Shown piece after piece: positions 44,475-55,847 of a stretch of 64,000 nucleotides of DNA (position 1 is the first letter of the stretch; each line of letters begins with the position of its first letter). Origin of the DNA: Paramoeba atlantica (Eukaryota; Protista; Discosea). The DNA is taken from the NCBI GenBank assembly GCA_977017575.1, contig CDRNVI010000043.1, forward strand, positions 1 through 64,000, read 5' to 3'. The notes below the pieces were generated by a model that did no database searches, was not told the DNA's origin, and worked only from the letters and a program-made list of their open reading frames with translations. The position numbers and the translations under genes were made by a program.

Positions 44475-47400
44475 TGGAAATTGATAAAATTCGGGCGGAG
44501 GCGTCCGGACCCTTTGAATCTTTGCTTTTGATCCAGGACAAACTTCGAAGGGCCACGTTCAAGCGGGGAAACCTCTTTTTGCCTCCTCGGCAGAGAGAGG
44601 GAGTAGCTTTACTCCGGCCGCGGGCCCTGAGCCGGCTGGCTTTATCTTTATCTTCAGGGAAGCGCTTTGCTGTCGCGTGGTGTACTACGTATGATAAGTG
44701 TACGAGGCTATGGGAAGGGACGGTTATATCGTGTGGGAACGGGTCCAGCCTGATCAGATATGATGTAGCTAAGGATTGTCTTTTTCCATTCCCTCCGAAG
44801 GATTCCCGAATTTTAATTCAAGGCGGAAAAGTAGCAACTCTGAAGGTAAAGGTATATCGCAAAAGGTTTAGGAATCGCAAATGCTGCTCTCGGCGCGGCG
44901 TCCGAGAGCAGAAGCCCATGATATCAGCTATGAACGAGGGGTTGAATATCGGTACCTTAAATATTGACACGTTGAAGGTTAAAAGCGCTGATGTAAACGC
45001 TCTGCGGAAGTGTCTCAGATTGCAAAAGGTGGTTGTTTTTATGAAGAGCTGTAAGGCTCCTATCTTTGGATTGCAAGAAACTAGGCTCACTTTTGAAAGC
45101 AGCGAACCGATAGTTCATCGTAAACTCTATATTGAAGGCATTTGGCTACATGTATATCTTATGAGCGCAATAAATGGATATAATGGTATGGCATTTATTA
45201 GCCGCATGCAATTATTTGTTGAAAAGGTCTCTGACAGAATTATGAAAGGGACGGTTCGTTTTGGAAGCACAAAAGCAACGCTATTCAATGTTTATTCCCC
45301 CATTGCTTCTTCAAAACAAGATATTCAGGAGGATTTTAATAAGTCACTGTTTGACGCTTGGCACGAGTCTAATGCAGCACTAAAAATTATCTGTGGTGAC
45401 TTTAATGCTCCTCTACAGAATCCGTCGGGCCGAAAATGCTCGTCAAAGAGAGCTAAGGCTTTAAGAGAGTTTCTTGAGAGTTTGGGTGCGAAATCAGCCC
45501 ACGAGACCTGTACCTCGCCTCGGAAATGGACTTTTCGTTTTCCACCAACCAGAAAAAACCCAGACGGGAAGACAAAACAATTAGATCACATAGTTTTTAA
45601 TTCGCGCTTTTGTTCAGCTGTACGTTTACAACGAGTAATGATGGCCCCTTGTCCGACACCCCATTGTGCAGTCATTGTAAATTTCCAAATTCGTTGGAAA
45701 ACCAAGGCCAGAGAACAGGAGGATAGGCCATATTGGGGCTCTCTTAAAAATTCAGAAACAAGTCAAAAATTTAATGCAAGTGTCAAAGCAGCTATGCGTG
45801 CTCCATGTAAAAGATCCCAGAAAGAATCCGAAGAAACTAATCGATGGGGCAGATTCTCTTCCTCATTGATCGCTGCATCGAAAACTCTTCCAAAACTAGC
45901 TAGCAGCGTTGAGGAAAAGAAATCACCAAATACTCACAATCTCAACTTAGGGTCAATAATACGGCTCGCAAAAAACAAGGAAAAATTTAAGGTATGCGAA
46001 CAACGCTATTCAAATGAAATGAACGAATGTATTATTTCTGAATGCAACAATATCGAGAAAGATTTAAAGCGAAAACCTAAATCCGCTTTTAAAGCAATTA
46101 GAACCATGCTTGGAGAACATAAGAAGGACTTTCCCGTTTTCGGAGATTCTCCACAAAAAGGCTTGATAGCTGTACGAAATCATTTTCACAGTACAGACAC
46201 ACTCTCGATAGCCTCACAATCCTTTGCTTTTACGCCTTCTAGTAAGTGCAAGATTCCTATACTAGACGAAATGTTTACAAAAGTGGAATTAATGGATGCC
46301 ATTTCTAAGATGAAGTATGGAAAATGCCCTGGAGCTGACAATATTCCAGCAGAAGTTTTAAGATCCATCGTTCAAGAAGACGAGCTAGCCAGCATCCTCC
46401 TAGAAATTATGAATGAAATTTACCTCACAGGGGCATCTCCGGATTCATGGAAAACAATTCTTCAAATTCCGATACCTAAGAAGGGGAATCTTAGCGAAAT
46501 CATCAACTGGAGACCTGTTTGTATAGTGAATCACGTCGTAAAATTGCTTAACCGGATGGTGTTAACAAGGATACAACCTGCGGTAGAATCTATGCTGCGT
46601 CCTAATCAATTTGGATTTCGCCCCCATCACTCCACAAATGGGGCACAAGCGGTTTTTAATGAAATTTCGTCCAAGGCGATGAGGGGTAGTGGTGTGGTTG
46701 TCGGGTTTGTGGATTTTAAGCAAGCATTTCCATCGGTTACATGGCAGGCTATTCGAGCAGCTCTGCAAGCTTTTGGTATCCCTGAAAACCTAGAACGAGT
46801 CATAATGTCTATTTACACAGATTTACGAGCATATATCAGGACTCCATACGGAAACACTGAAGAATTTCCAATTTCAACGGGAACACTTCAGGGTGATGTT
46901 CTTGCCCCTTACATATTTATTATGGTTCTTGATCGCGTTCTTGAAACTGCAATTGATAAAAACTCATACGGCTTGGTCACGCACTCTACGGGAACGAAAA
47001 GTCGAGGTGAAAAAGCTATTAGAATTTCGGATGTAAATTATGCAGATGACATTGCTTTATTTGCGCATACAAAGCAGGAACTCGGAAATATGCTTGAAAA
47101 ATTAGCAGAAGTTGCAGGAAAAGTAAATTTAAAAATGAACATGGGAATAAATAAAACTGCATGGATGACAATCGGAAAATGTCCCGATACAAATGAGGAA
47201 CTTGTCTTGCCTTCCCTCGGTCTAATACCAAAAGTGAAGACATATAGGTACTTAGGTAATGCAACAAACCCCGAAGATAACTTATCAACCCCAAGGGACC
47301 GGATTAGACTTGGGTGGTATACTATGCACAGGCTGCGTCCAGTTTGGAACTCACCTCTTTCAATTCTTTGCCGCACTCGTATATTTCAAACTTTAGTTAT

Positions 47401-48742
47401 GCCAGTTATTTCCTATGGTTGTAGCACGTGGAAGATCTCGACCTCCGATTTACTGAAAATGGACACTGAAATTTCTAAAATGAGACGAATAGTGTGCTGC
47501 GTACATAAATCCTGGGACGGTCAACGAAGCATGCGTCTTGAATCATTGTATCAGGGAGAAAACAAGCTCAGTACAGTCTCTAAATGTCAGCGAGCAAGTT
47601 TAATAGGGCATTTAGTACGACATTCACCAGTTTTCTGTAATACAATGTCATGGCGCGATGAAGATTCCAGTAAAAATAGATCAGTCTCCGAATTATGCGC
47701 GGAAGATCTCAATTTAAGTACAGCAGAGATGCTGTATTATCCAGTAAGTCGAACGTCATGGGCAAAGAAAGTTGATCAACTTCGCGATCGGTTGGAGCCA
47801 AGACCTTCATACACACAGTTCAATAAATCTGGATGGGAAAGAAAAATTTCTGCAATCACTAACACAAAAGCGTCACAATTCGTAGAAGAAGGTCCCAAAC
47901 CATACGCTCGGCGTAAAGGTGAATTGCATATATATACAGATGGTTCTCTATCCACAAAGAAAGGTGCATCTGTAGGTGGGTCTGGGTTTTATATTTTGGG
48001 ACAAGGTTTTGATCAAGTCATGGTAAGCAAAAAGCCCCCGGAAGATATTGAAAGTACAATTACAGCGGTTGAACTTTATGCGGTGATTGAGGCACTTCAA
48101 TTTTCCCAAGATTATGGAACAGACATCGTTGTACACACAGATTCGCATTACATATGGGAATTTTTTCACATCCACAGGCACCGCAATAGATTGATAGGGT
48201 TTAGTGACTTTCAAAATCCAGAAATCCTACGAAAGCTGTGCAACATTTGTATCAAAATTGAATCAGGATCGAAAAATTTGTTTTGCGTAAAAGTTCGCGC
48301 CCACGAGGGGAACCCCCATAATGAAATAGCGGATTGGCTTTCCAAGGAAGCAGGAACACTTGATCACACCAACGCCGTCACTTATAGGCGATGCTCCGGA
48401 AATGTGATAGGGAAGAGACTAATTAGCACCCGTGAGGGTATTGACAATCACCCAGCAGGAAAGAGGAACCCCAATCCTTCAAAAGAAAAATATCCTCCAA
48501 AAGAAAAATTTCAAACTAAACGTGACAGCAAAATAAAAACAAAGGAATCATCTAAAAACGACGTGATGAATAATATTCCGAAACGAACGCGAAGCGAAGA
48601 TCCAGAACGTCTAAAACTTCAACGAAACAACAAGAACCAAAAGGCTCAGACAAATATAGACGGGAAAAGTGAAATTAAACCAAAGCTGCGAAGCCCACAA
48701 ACAAAAAGAAAGCATTCTACAGAACGCGTTTCACGTGACTAA
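44474..48742 (+). CDS. 1422-aa single-ORF LINE protein: W-rich domain, AP-like endonuclease, RT, RNase H
   Basis: IGTLN, LQET, GDFN and LDHI; NWRPVC, QFGFRP, GTLQGDVLAP and YADD; YTDGS, VELYA, HTDS and HEGNPHNEIAD. Clade is unresolved (Ingi- or RTE/RTEX-like). Confidence 0.95.
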   Translation: MEIDKIRAEASGPFESLLLIQDKLRRATFKRGNLFLPPRQREGVALLRPRALSRLALSLSSGKRFAVAWCTTYDKCTRLWEGTVISCGNGSSLIRYDVAKDCLFPFPPKDSRILIQGGKVATLKVKVYRKRFRNRKCCSRRGVREQKPMISAMNEGLNIGTLNIDTLKVKSADVNALRKCLRLQKVVVFMKSCKAPIFGLQETRLTFESSEPIVHRKLYIEGIWLHVYLMSAINGYNGMAFISRMQLFVEKVSDRIMKGTVRFGSTKATLFNVYSPIASSKQDIQEDFNKSLFDAWHESNAALKIICGDFNAPLQNPSGRKCSSKRAKALREFLESLGAKSAHETCTSPRKWTFRFPPTRKNPDGKTKQLDHIVFNSRFCSAVRLQRVMMAPCPTPHCAVIVNFQIRWKTKAREQEDRPYWGSLKNSETSQKFNASVKAAMRAPCKRSQKESEETNRWGRFSSSLIAASKTLPKLASSVEEKKSPNTHNLNLGSIIRLAKNKEKFKVCEQRYSNEMNECIISECNNIEKDLKRKPKSAFKAIRTMLGEHKKDFPVFGDSPQKGLIAVRNHFHSTDTLSIASQSFAFTPSSKCKIPILDEMFTKVELMDAISKMKYGKCPGADNIPAEVLRSIVQEDELASILLEIMNEIYLTGASPDSWKTILQIPIPKKGNLSEIINWRPVCIVNHVVKLLNRMVLTRIQPAVESMLRPNQFGFRPHHSTNGAQAVFNEISSKAMRGSGVVVGFVDFKQAFPSVTWQAIRAALQAFGIPENLERVIMSIYTDLRAYIRTPYGNTEEFPISTGTLQGDVLAPYIFIMVLDRVLETAIDKNSYGLVTHSTGTKSRGEKAIRISDVNYADDIALFAHTKQELGNMLEKLAEVAGKVNLKMNMGINKTAWMTIGKCPDTNEELVLPSLGLIPKVKTYRYLGNATNPEDNLSTPRDRIRLGWYTMHRLRPVWNSPLSILCRTRIFQTLVMPVISYGCSTWKISTSDLLKMDTEISKMRRIVCCVHKSWDGQRSMRLESLYQGENKLSTVSKCQRASLIGHLVRHSPVFCNTMSWRDEDSSKNRSVSELCAEDLNLSTAEMLYYPVSRTSWAKKVDQLRDRLEPRPSYTQFNKSGWERKISAITNTKASQFVEEGPKPYARRKGELHIYTDGSLSTKKGASVGGSGFYILGQGFDQVMVSKKPPEDIESTITAVELYAVIEALQFSQDYGTDIVVHTDSHYIWEFFHIHRHRNRLIGFSDFQNPEILRKLCNICIKIESGSKNLFCVKVRAHEGNPHNEIADWLSKEAGTLDHTNAVTYRRCSGNVIGKRLISTREGIDNHPAGKRNPNPSKEKYPPKEKFQTKRDSKIKTKESSKNDVMNNIPKRTRSEDPERLKLQRNNKNQKAQTNIDGKSEIKPKLRSPQTKRKHSTERVSRD

Positions 48743-50833
48743 TGGTATTTGAAATCTTGTGAAATATATTCCCCCCCCCATAATTTCAAATTTTGAGTAG
48801 CAATTTTGTAGCCCGGACAAGGCGAGCAGTTCTTATTCATGTTTTTTCTGTCAGGTTGTTTTTATTCTTATTACTATATTTATTATTTATTGTAGATATA
48901 TAAGGTTATAAGTTTTATGTTCATATTTATATGTTAGTTGTATTGTTTTATTTTAGCGCTCAAGTAGTTGATACCTTCAATTTGCGTTGAACTCTAGGGG
49001 CGTTGGTGGTTCCATTTCCTGGTTTATTGTAATGAAAAGACTCATCATTATGCGAGGACTCATTAAAACAAACATTAAATTTGAGATATGGCAAACAGTT
49101 GTGTGGTCAGTGTTTTTAATCTAAGGTGTGAAGATGTTTAAGGGAAAATATTAACCCCTTAACTGATTATATCAGTGTTGTTGTTGTTGTTGTTGTTGTT
49201 GAGGTGTTAAAAGATCTTCTTCTACGGAAGATGGAAAAACACAAATGCCTCTTCCGTCGACTCCTGCTCATGGGTCCAAGCAATCTCTCCCTCGCAATTC
49301 TACGTCGATGCACGATTCCGCGACAAGATTATCATCTGCGAGTTCATCGTCCGGAAGCAACCACGCGGCTAGCCGAAACCTTCGAAGACCACGTTCAACA
49401 AGTTCTTAAGAAATGGTGCGGAGCTGACACACAAGCCTTGCAACTAGCGGTCCTTCCTCAGAAACTAGGCGGCCTAGGATTGATCTCTTCGACTTTGAAG
49501 CAGAAATACTACTTTGAAACTGCTAGGAAATCTATTGTTGAGCACCCAAAACCCAATAACGCTCCAGTAGGTATAAAAGGTGGAGATAAAGTACACGCCA
49601 ACGGACAAAGTCGTAGTGAAGTCGCCCAGAAGCTTCTGAAAAAGAAGATGAAAGAGGAACACGAAAAGAAGGCTTGCGAGCTACGGAAGAATTCGCAATT
49701 GGAGCTTGTAATGAAACGCACTATGGAGAACAACTTGCATCTCGAAAGCACGAGCAATTATATCAATCCTTATTTATTTCGATACACACTCATGATGCGG
49801 TTAGGAATCAGTTTACCTCAAGCTCCTGCCAAAGTCACATGCCCTGGATGCTGCACCCAAGAATCCCCATCCAGTATCATTCCACATGTTGCAGGCTGCT
49901 CTCGTTGCTCTGGTATGAACTGCACACGCAAACATTCCCACATCGTCCGCTACCTATCAGAGTTATGTTCCAAAGCAGGTCTTCCGAACGTCACTGAACC
50001 GCGCATTCACTCCTCATATTACTGCACCAAATGTAAATGCTCCATCGCCGCCGACGTAGCCGAACAGCATCCATGTAAAGCACGCCGTATCCGCTCGGGA
50101 CCTGATCTCGCCATCATGTGGCCACACATGGGGGAAGTGCTCTATGACTTCACGGTGGTGCACACCTGTTGCAACAGTTACGCGAAACAGACCAGTTCAG
50201 CACTCATACAACAAGCGATCGATCGAAAAATCAAGAAATATGTCTCCGAAAAGGGTGTCGATAGTGAATACTTCCGTTGTCTGGCCACCTCAGACTGTGG
50301 CCTTCTACACAATGACACCAAGGCACTTTTGAAGGCAATAGCGCAGCGCGCAAAAATGAACTACGACAATGTACGACAGGGATTTCAACTTGAGATTGAA
50401 AAGATGTCCGCATACACGGTGGTATCTCAACTACGTGAGTACATTCCGAAGGATAACTGGATAGGTGGACTTCGCTTCTAGAAGGTCACTAAGTGTGTTC
50501 GCATACTCTCCCTCCCCCAGTCTTCTCTCACTTTGCTTCTTCTTTCACTTTGCTTCTTCCACCTAGTTGCTTGCTCTTTCCCAGCCAAAGACGATGCGCT
50601 AGCCGAGCTACTCCCATCCTCCTCTTCCTCCTAATACGCAGATCAGAATATTAGGTTCCTTTATAATATGTAAACTTGTGTAAAATAGTGATTGTATTTC
50701 ATATGTATACCGCAGACTCCCCCTTCAAAAGCGTATGAATGCCGCAGGCATGAGGAAGATTATAAGGAAAAAAAAAAAAAAAAAAAAAAAAAAAAGAATC
50801 TTTATCTTTATCTTTAAAGATAAAGAATCTTTA

Positions 50834-50870
50834 TCTTTAACGATAAAGATACAGTTTCTGTACCTTGTTG
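50834..50870 (+). other. SL exon-like sequence, preceded by scrambled and inverted SL fragments (50797-50833)
   Basis: Identical to 2802-2838. The upstream ATCTTTATC and GATAAAGA pieces are SL sense and antisense fragments. Confidence 0.85.
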
Positions 50871-52829
50871 AATTTTTTTTTACGTAGTATTCTCTCGGGG
50901 CCCAGCTCTTTTATGACGCAAACCAATACTCCTCAGAGCCCCGCACGCTCGAACGAGGACCACTCCTCATTCCATATGAGTGCAAAGGAAGGAGCTCTCA
51001 GCGTAGGCGCTCTCGCCGACGAAGAACGTGCGCACTCTCTCGGCAGTTGGGACCAATTCCAAGGAAACAAGCATTTGATTCGCGCTGTCAGCACATACGA
51101 CGAACAACTCTACACTACACCAATCCCGGCGAATATTCCTAAGGAATGGTTGGAACGCGCACGTCACATCTCCCAGGAAAAGGAAACCCCAGACACGGGC
51201 CACGTAGAGGCCGAAGACGAGGAGATGCAGCACTGTGGGGTGAGAAGGCAGAAAATTACTCACGAGGCTACACCCACATCAAAGATCCCCGATGAAGCTC
51301 GGACGCTCAAATCCGCAGTGAAGGATGCTCTTTCCCACCAAGGTCGAAACACTTCCCCATCGAAAGGAGTGACCAAAGCGGACTCGCGCTCGTCAAGGCG
51401 AACACCGGAGCCCCGGACATATTTCTCTTCACCGCGACACGCCGCAAACCAAAATAACTTCGCTGAAAAGACACAAACAAGAGAAGAGACTCGGGAATGT
51501 CCGGCCATGGGATGCACTTGGAGAAGTCTGCCGCACGGAGGGTCTTGGCAAGCGTTTTATAACCACGTCGCGTGTCGCCACGGAAACGGAGTTCCCGCTA
51601 CCTGGTGGGATGCAGAAGGCCGATTTCTTTGCAACTTATGCGGGCGCCATTATGACATCAACAAAAGGGAAGCTCATCCACAAGCCTGCAAAGGGAACGT
51701 TGCGAACCCCCAAATCCCATCGCGCGCAGCACACTCGAGCGACCCAAGCCACCTTCCGGGGACTCAAACTCATCACTCTGAACTTCCCTCGCTATCCTCT
51801 ATCTGCACGCTGCGCCTGAACACTTGCAAGGACGTGCCTCCACGTTGCCGTCAACTGTGGGGAGAAATTATCACCAAAGCAGCCCAAAACGCAGTCACCG
51901 AAAACTCTACAGCCGCGTGGACCCTATTCGCCATGCTCCCCAAGTGCTTACTACCCGCCCCACACCGAGGAGGACGTAAGAACCACACAACTTACGCATC
52001 ATACGTCCAGAAGTGCATGAACCGATGGCTCGCGCAAGATTATGTCTCCCTATGGAATGAAGCAGTAGACAACGCACTCAAGAAACAATCTGTAGCCCCT
52101 ACAACCGTTCACGACGAAGAGGAAAAGGCAGCTATCCGAGCAGAGCTTCTAGCTCGACAAGGCGAGTACTCTAGGGGTATGGCTGCACTCACGGCGGATG
52201 CTATGGCGCCTGACGACGAAGACACACTCCTCAAACTTCAGAGCAAGCACCCGCCCCGACATCCAGACAGTGACATCATCGACTATACGCCTCCGCCCAC
52301 AGCGCCCCTAATAATGGATGAACCCGTGGTAGCGAAAACTATCAAGAGCTTTCACCGGGGTTCCTCGTCCGGAACCATGGGTTTACGACCCGAGCACTTG
52401 CAAGCTGTACTCCTGGCGCACGTAGATAACACCGTGAAACCCCTTACTGCCCTTAAAAACCTCGTGAATCATCTACTAGCCGGGAAAGCACCCCTAGAGG
52501 TACAACCATATTTTGCGGGAGCCAGACTTTGCGCGCTTGAAAAGGGCGAAAATGACGTCCGCCCCATAGCAGCGGGAGAAACGATACGTCGATTGGTAAG
52601 CAAAGCGGCTTGCAATGCAGTGAGGAGCAAAGCCAGGGAATTTTTTAAGGGACTACAGTTCGGCGTCGCGACACCGGCCGGTTCGGAACGAATAATTCAC
52701 ACTTGCCGGCACGCAATGACAATTCATACGGACAACCCCGACATGGTATTATGTAAAGTCGACCTAAGCAACGCATTCAACAACGTTAGCAGAGCAACTT
52801 TCTTGAAACTTGTAGCTTGTAACTGTTCT

Positions 52830-55800
52830 GATCAACCTTTTTATTAAGATCAACCTTTTTATTAAGATCAACCTTTTTATTAAGATCAACCTTTTTATTA
52901 AGATCAACCTTTTTATTAAGATCAACCTTTTTATTAAGATCAACCTTTTTATTAAGATCAACCTTTTTATTAAGATCAACCTTTTTATTAAGATCAACCT
53001 TTTTATTAAGATCAACCTTTTTATTAAGATCAACCTTTTTATTAAGATCAACCTTTTTATTAAGATCAACCTTTTTATTAAGATCAACCTTTTTATTAAG
53101 ATCAACCTTTTTATTAAGATCAACCTTTTTATTAAGATCAACCTTTTTATTAAGATCAACCTTTTTATTAAGATCAACCTTTTTATTAAGATCAACCTTT
53201 TTATTAAGATCAACCTTTTTATTAAGATCAACCTTTTTATTAAGATCAACCTTTTTATTAAGATCAACCTTTTTATTAAGATCAACCTTTTTATTAAGAT
53301 CAACCTTTTTATTAAGATCAACCTTTTTATTAAGATCAACCTTTTTATTAAGATCAACCTTTTTATTAAGATCAACCTTTTTATTAAGATCAACCTTTTT
53401 ATTAAGATCAACCTTTTTATTAAGATCAACCTTTTTATTAAGATCAACCTTTTTATTAAGATCAACCTTTTTATTAAGATCAACCTTTTTATTAAGATCA
53501 ACCTTTTTATTAAGATCAACCTTTTTATTAAGATCAACCTTTTTATAAAGATCAACCTTTTTATTAAGATCAACCTTTTTATTAAGATCAACCTTTTTAT
53601 TAAGATCAACCTTTTTATTAAGATCAACCTTTTTATTAAGATCAACCTTTTTATTAAGATCAACCTTTTTATTAAGATCAACCTTTTTATTAAGATCAAC
53701 CTTTTATTAAGATCAACCTTTTTATTAAGATCAACCTTTTTATTAAGATCAACCTTTTTATTAAGATCAACCTTTTTATTAAGATCAACCTTTTTATTAA
53801 GATCAACCTTTTTATTAAGATCAACCTTTTTATTAAGATCAACCTTTTTATTAAGATCAACCTTTTTATTAAGATCAACCTTTTTATTAAGATCAACCTT
53901 TTTATTAAGATCAACCTTTTTATTAAGATCAACCTTTTTATTAGATCAACCTTTTTATTAAGATCAACCTTTTTATTAAGATCAACCTTTTTATTAAGAT
54001 CAACCTTTTTATTAAGATCAACCTTTTTATTAAGATCAACCTTTTTATTAAGATCAACCTTTTTATTAAGATCAACCTTTTTATTAAGATCAACCTTTTT
54101 ATTAAGATCAACCTTTTTATTAAGATCAACCTTTTTATTAAGATCAACCTTTTTATTAAGATCAACCTTTTTATTAAGATCAACCTTTTTATTAAGATCA
54201 ACCTTTTTATTAAGATCAACCTTTTTATTAAGATCAACCTTTTTATTAAGATCAACCTTTTTATTAAGATCAACCTTTTTATTAAGATCAACCTTTTTAT
54301 TAAGATCAACCTTTTTATTAAGATCAACCTTTTTATTAAGATCAACCTTTTTATTAAGATCAACCTTTTTATTAAGATCAACCTTTTTATTAAGATCAAC
54401 CTTTTTATTAAGATCAACCTTTTTATTAAGATCAACCTTTTTATTAAGATCAACCTTTTTATTAAGATCAACCTTTTTATTAAGATCAACCTTTTTATTA
54501 AGATCAACCTTTTTATTAAGATCAACCTTTTTATTAAGATCAACCTTTTTATTAAGATCAACCTTTTTATTAAGATCAACCTTTTTATTAAGATCAACCT
54601 TTTTATTAAGATCAACCTTTTTATTAAGATCAACCTTTTTATTAAGATCAACCTTTTTATTAAGATCAACCTTTTTATTAAGATCAACCTTTTTATTAAG
54701 ATCAACCTTTTTATTAAGATCAACCTTTTTATTAAGATCAACCTTTTTATTAAGATCAACCTTTTTATTAAGATCAACCTTTTTATTAAGATCAACCTTT
54801 TTATTAAGATCAACCTTTTTATTAAGATCAACCTTTTTATTAAGATCAACCTTTTTATTAAGATCAACCTTTTTATTAAGATCAACCTTTTTATTAAGAT
54901 CAACCTTTTTATTAAGATCAACCTTTTTATTAAGATCAACCTTTTTATTAAGATCAACCTTTTTATTAAGATCAACCTTTTTATTAAGATCAACCTTTTT
55001 ATTAAGATCAACCTTTTTATTAAGATCAACCTTTTTATTAAGATCAACCTTTTTATTAAGATCAACCTTTTTATTAAGATCAACCTTTTTATTAAGATCA
55101 ACCTTTTTATTAAGATCAACCTTTTTATTAAGATCAACCTTTTTATTAAGATCAACCTTTTTATTAAGATCAACCTTTTTATTAAGATCAACCTTTTTAT
55201 TAAGATCAACCTTTTTATTAAGATCAACCTTTTTATTAAGATCAACCTTTTTATTAAGATCAACCTTTTTATTAAGATCAACCTTTTTATTAAGATCAAC
55301 CTTTTTATTAAGATCAACCTTTTTATTAAGATCAACCTTTTTATTAAGATCAACCTTTTTATTAAGATCAACCTTTTTATTAAGATCAACCTTTTTATTA
55401 AGATCAACCTTTTTATTAAGATCAACCTTTTTATTAAGATCAACCTTTTTATTAAGATCAACCTTTTTATTAAGATCAACCTTTTTATTAAGATCAACCT
55501 TTTTATTAAGATCAACCTTTTTATTAAGATCAACCTTTTTATTAAGATCAACCTTTTTATTAAGATCAACCTTTTTATTAAGATCAACCTTTTTATTAAG
55601 ATCAACCTTTTTATTAAGATCAACCTTTTTATTAAGATCAACCTTTTTATTAAGATCAACCTTTTTATTAAGATCAACCTTTTTATTAAGATCAACCTTT
55701 TTATTAAGATCAACCTTTTTATTAAGATCAACCTTTTTATTAAGATCAACCTTTTTATTAAGATCAACCTTTTTATTAAGATCAACCTTTTTATTAAGAT

Positions 55801-55833
55801 CAACCTTTTTATTAAGATCAACCTTTTTATTAA
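52830..55833 (+). repeat. 18-bp tandem array (GATCAACCTTTTTATTAA)x~167
   Basis: Read directly; only about three variant units were seen (near 53545, 53700 and 53940). Confidence 0.98.
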
Positions 55834-55847
55834 TTTAATTTGATAAA

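Larger units (their letters stand above)
44386..49199 (+). mobile_element. APE-RT-RNase H LINE with 5' 18-bp array, (GTT)n tail and 13-bp TSD
   Basis: TGAGGTGTTAAAA at 44373-44385 and 49200-49212. Confidence 0.93.
42159..50795 (+). mobile_element. Full-length CRE element (YQDD family), interrupted at 44386-49199
   Basis: SL, ATG 42202 and one in-frame TAG at 42865. Joining 42202-44385 to 49213-50481 gives 1151 codons. Poly(A) 50768-50795. Confidence 0.9.

Noticed and set aside
44573-44601. GCCTCCTCGGC resembling the P3/L3 loop of an HDV-like ribozyme near a LINE 5' end
   Set aside because: It forms a simple 12-bp hairpin within conserved coding sequence. I could not build the double pseudoknot, and it is absent from the sister LINE.
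44386-55833. 18-bp arrays as CRISPR arrays
   Set aside because: There are no spacers and no cas genes, and the context is eukaryotic.
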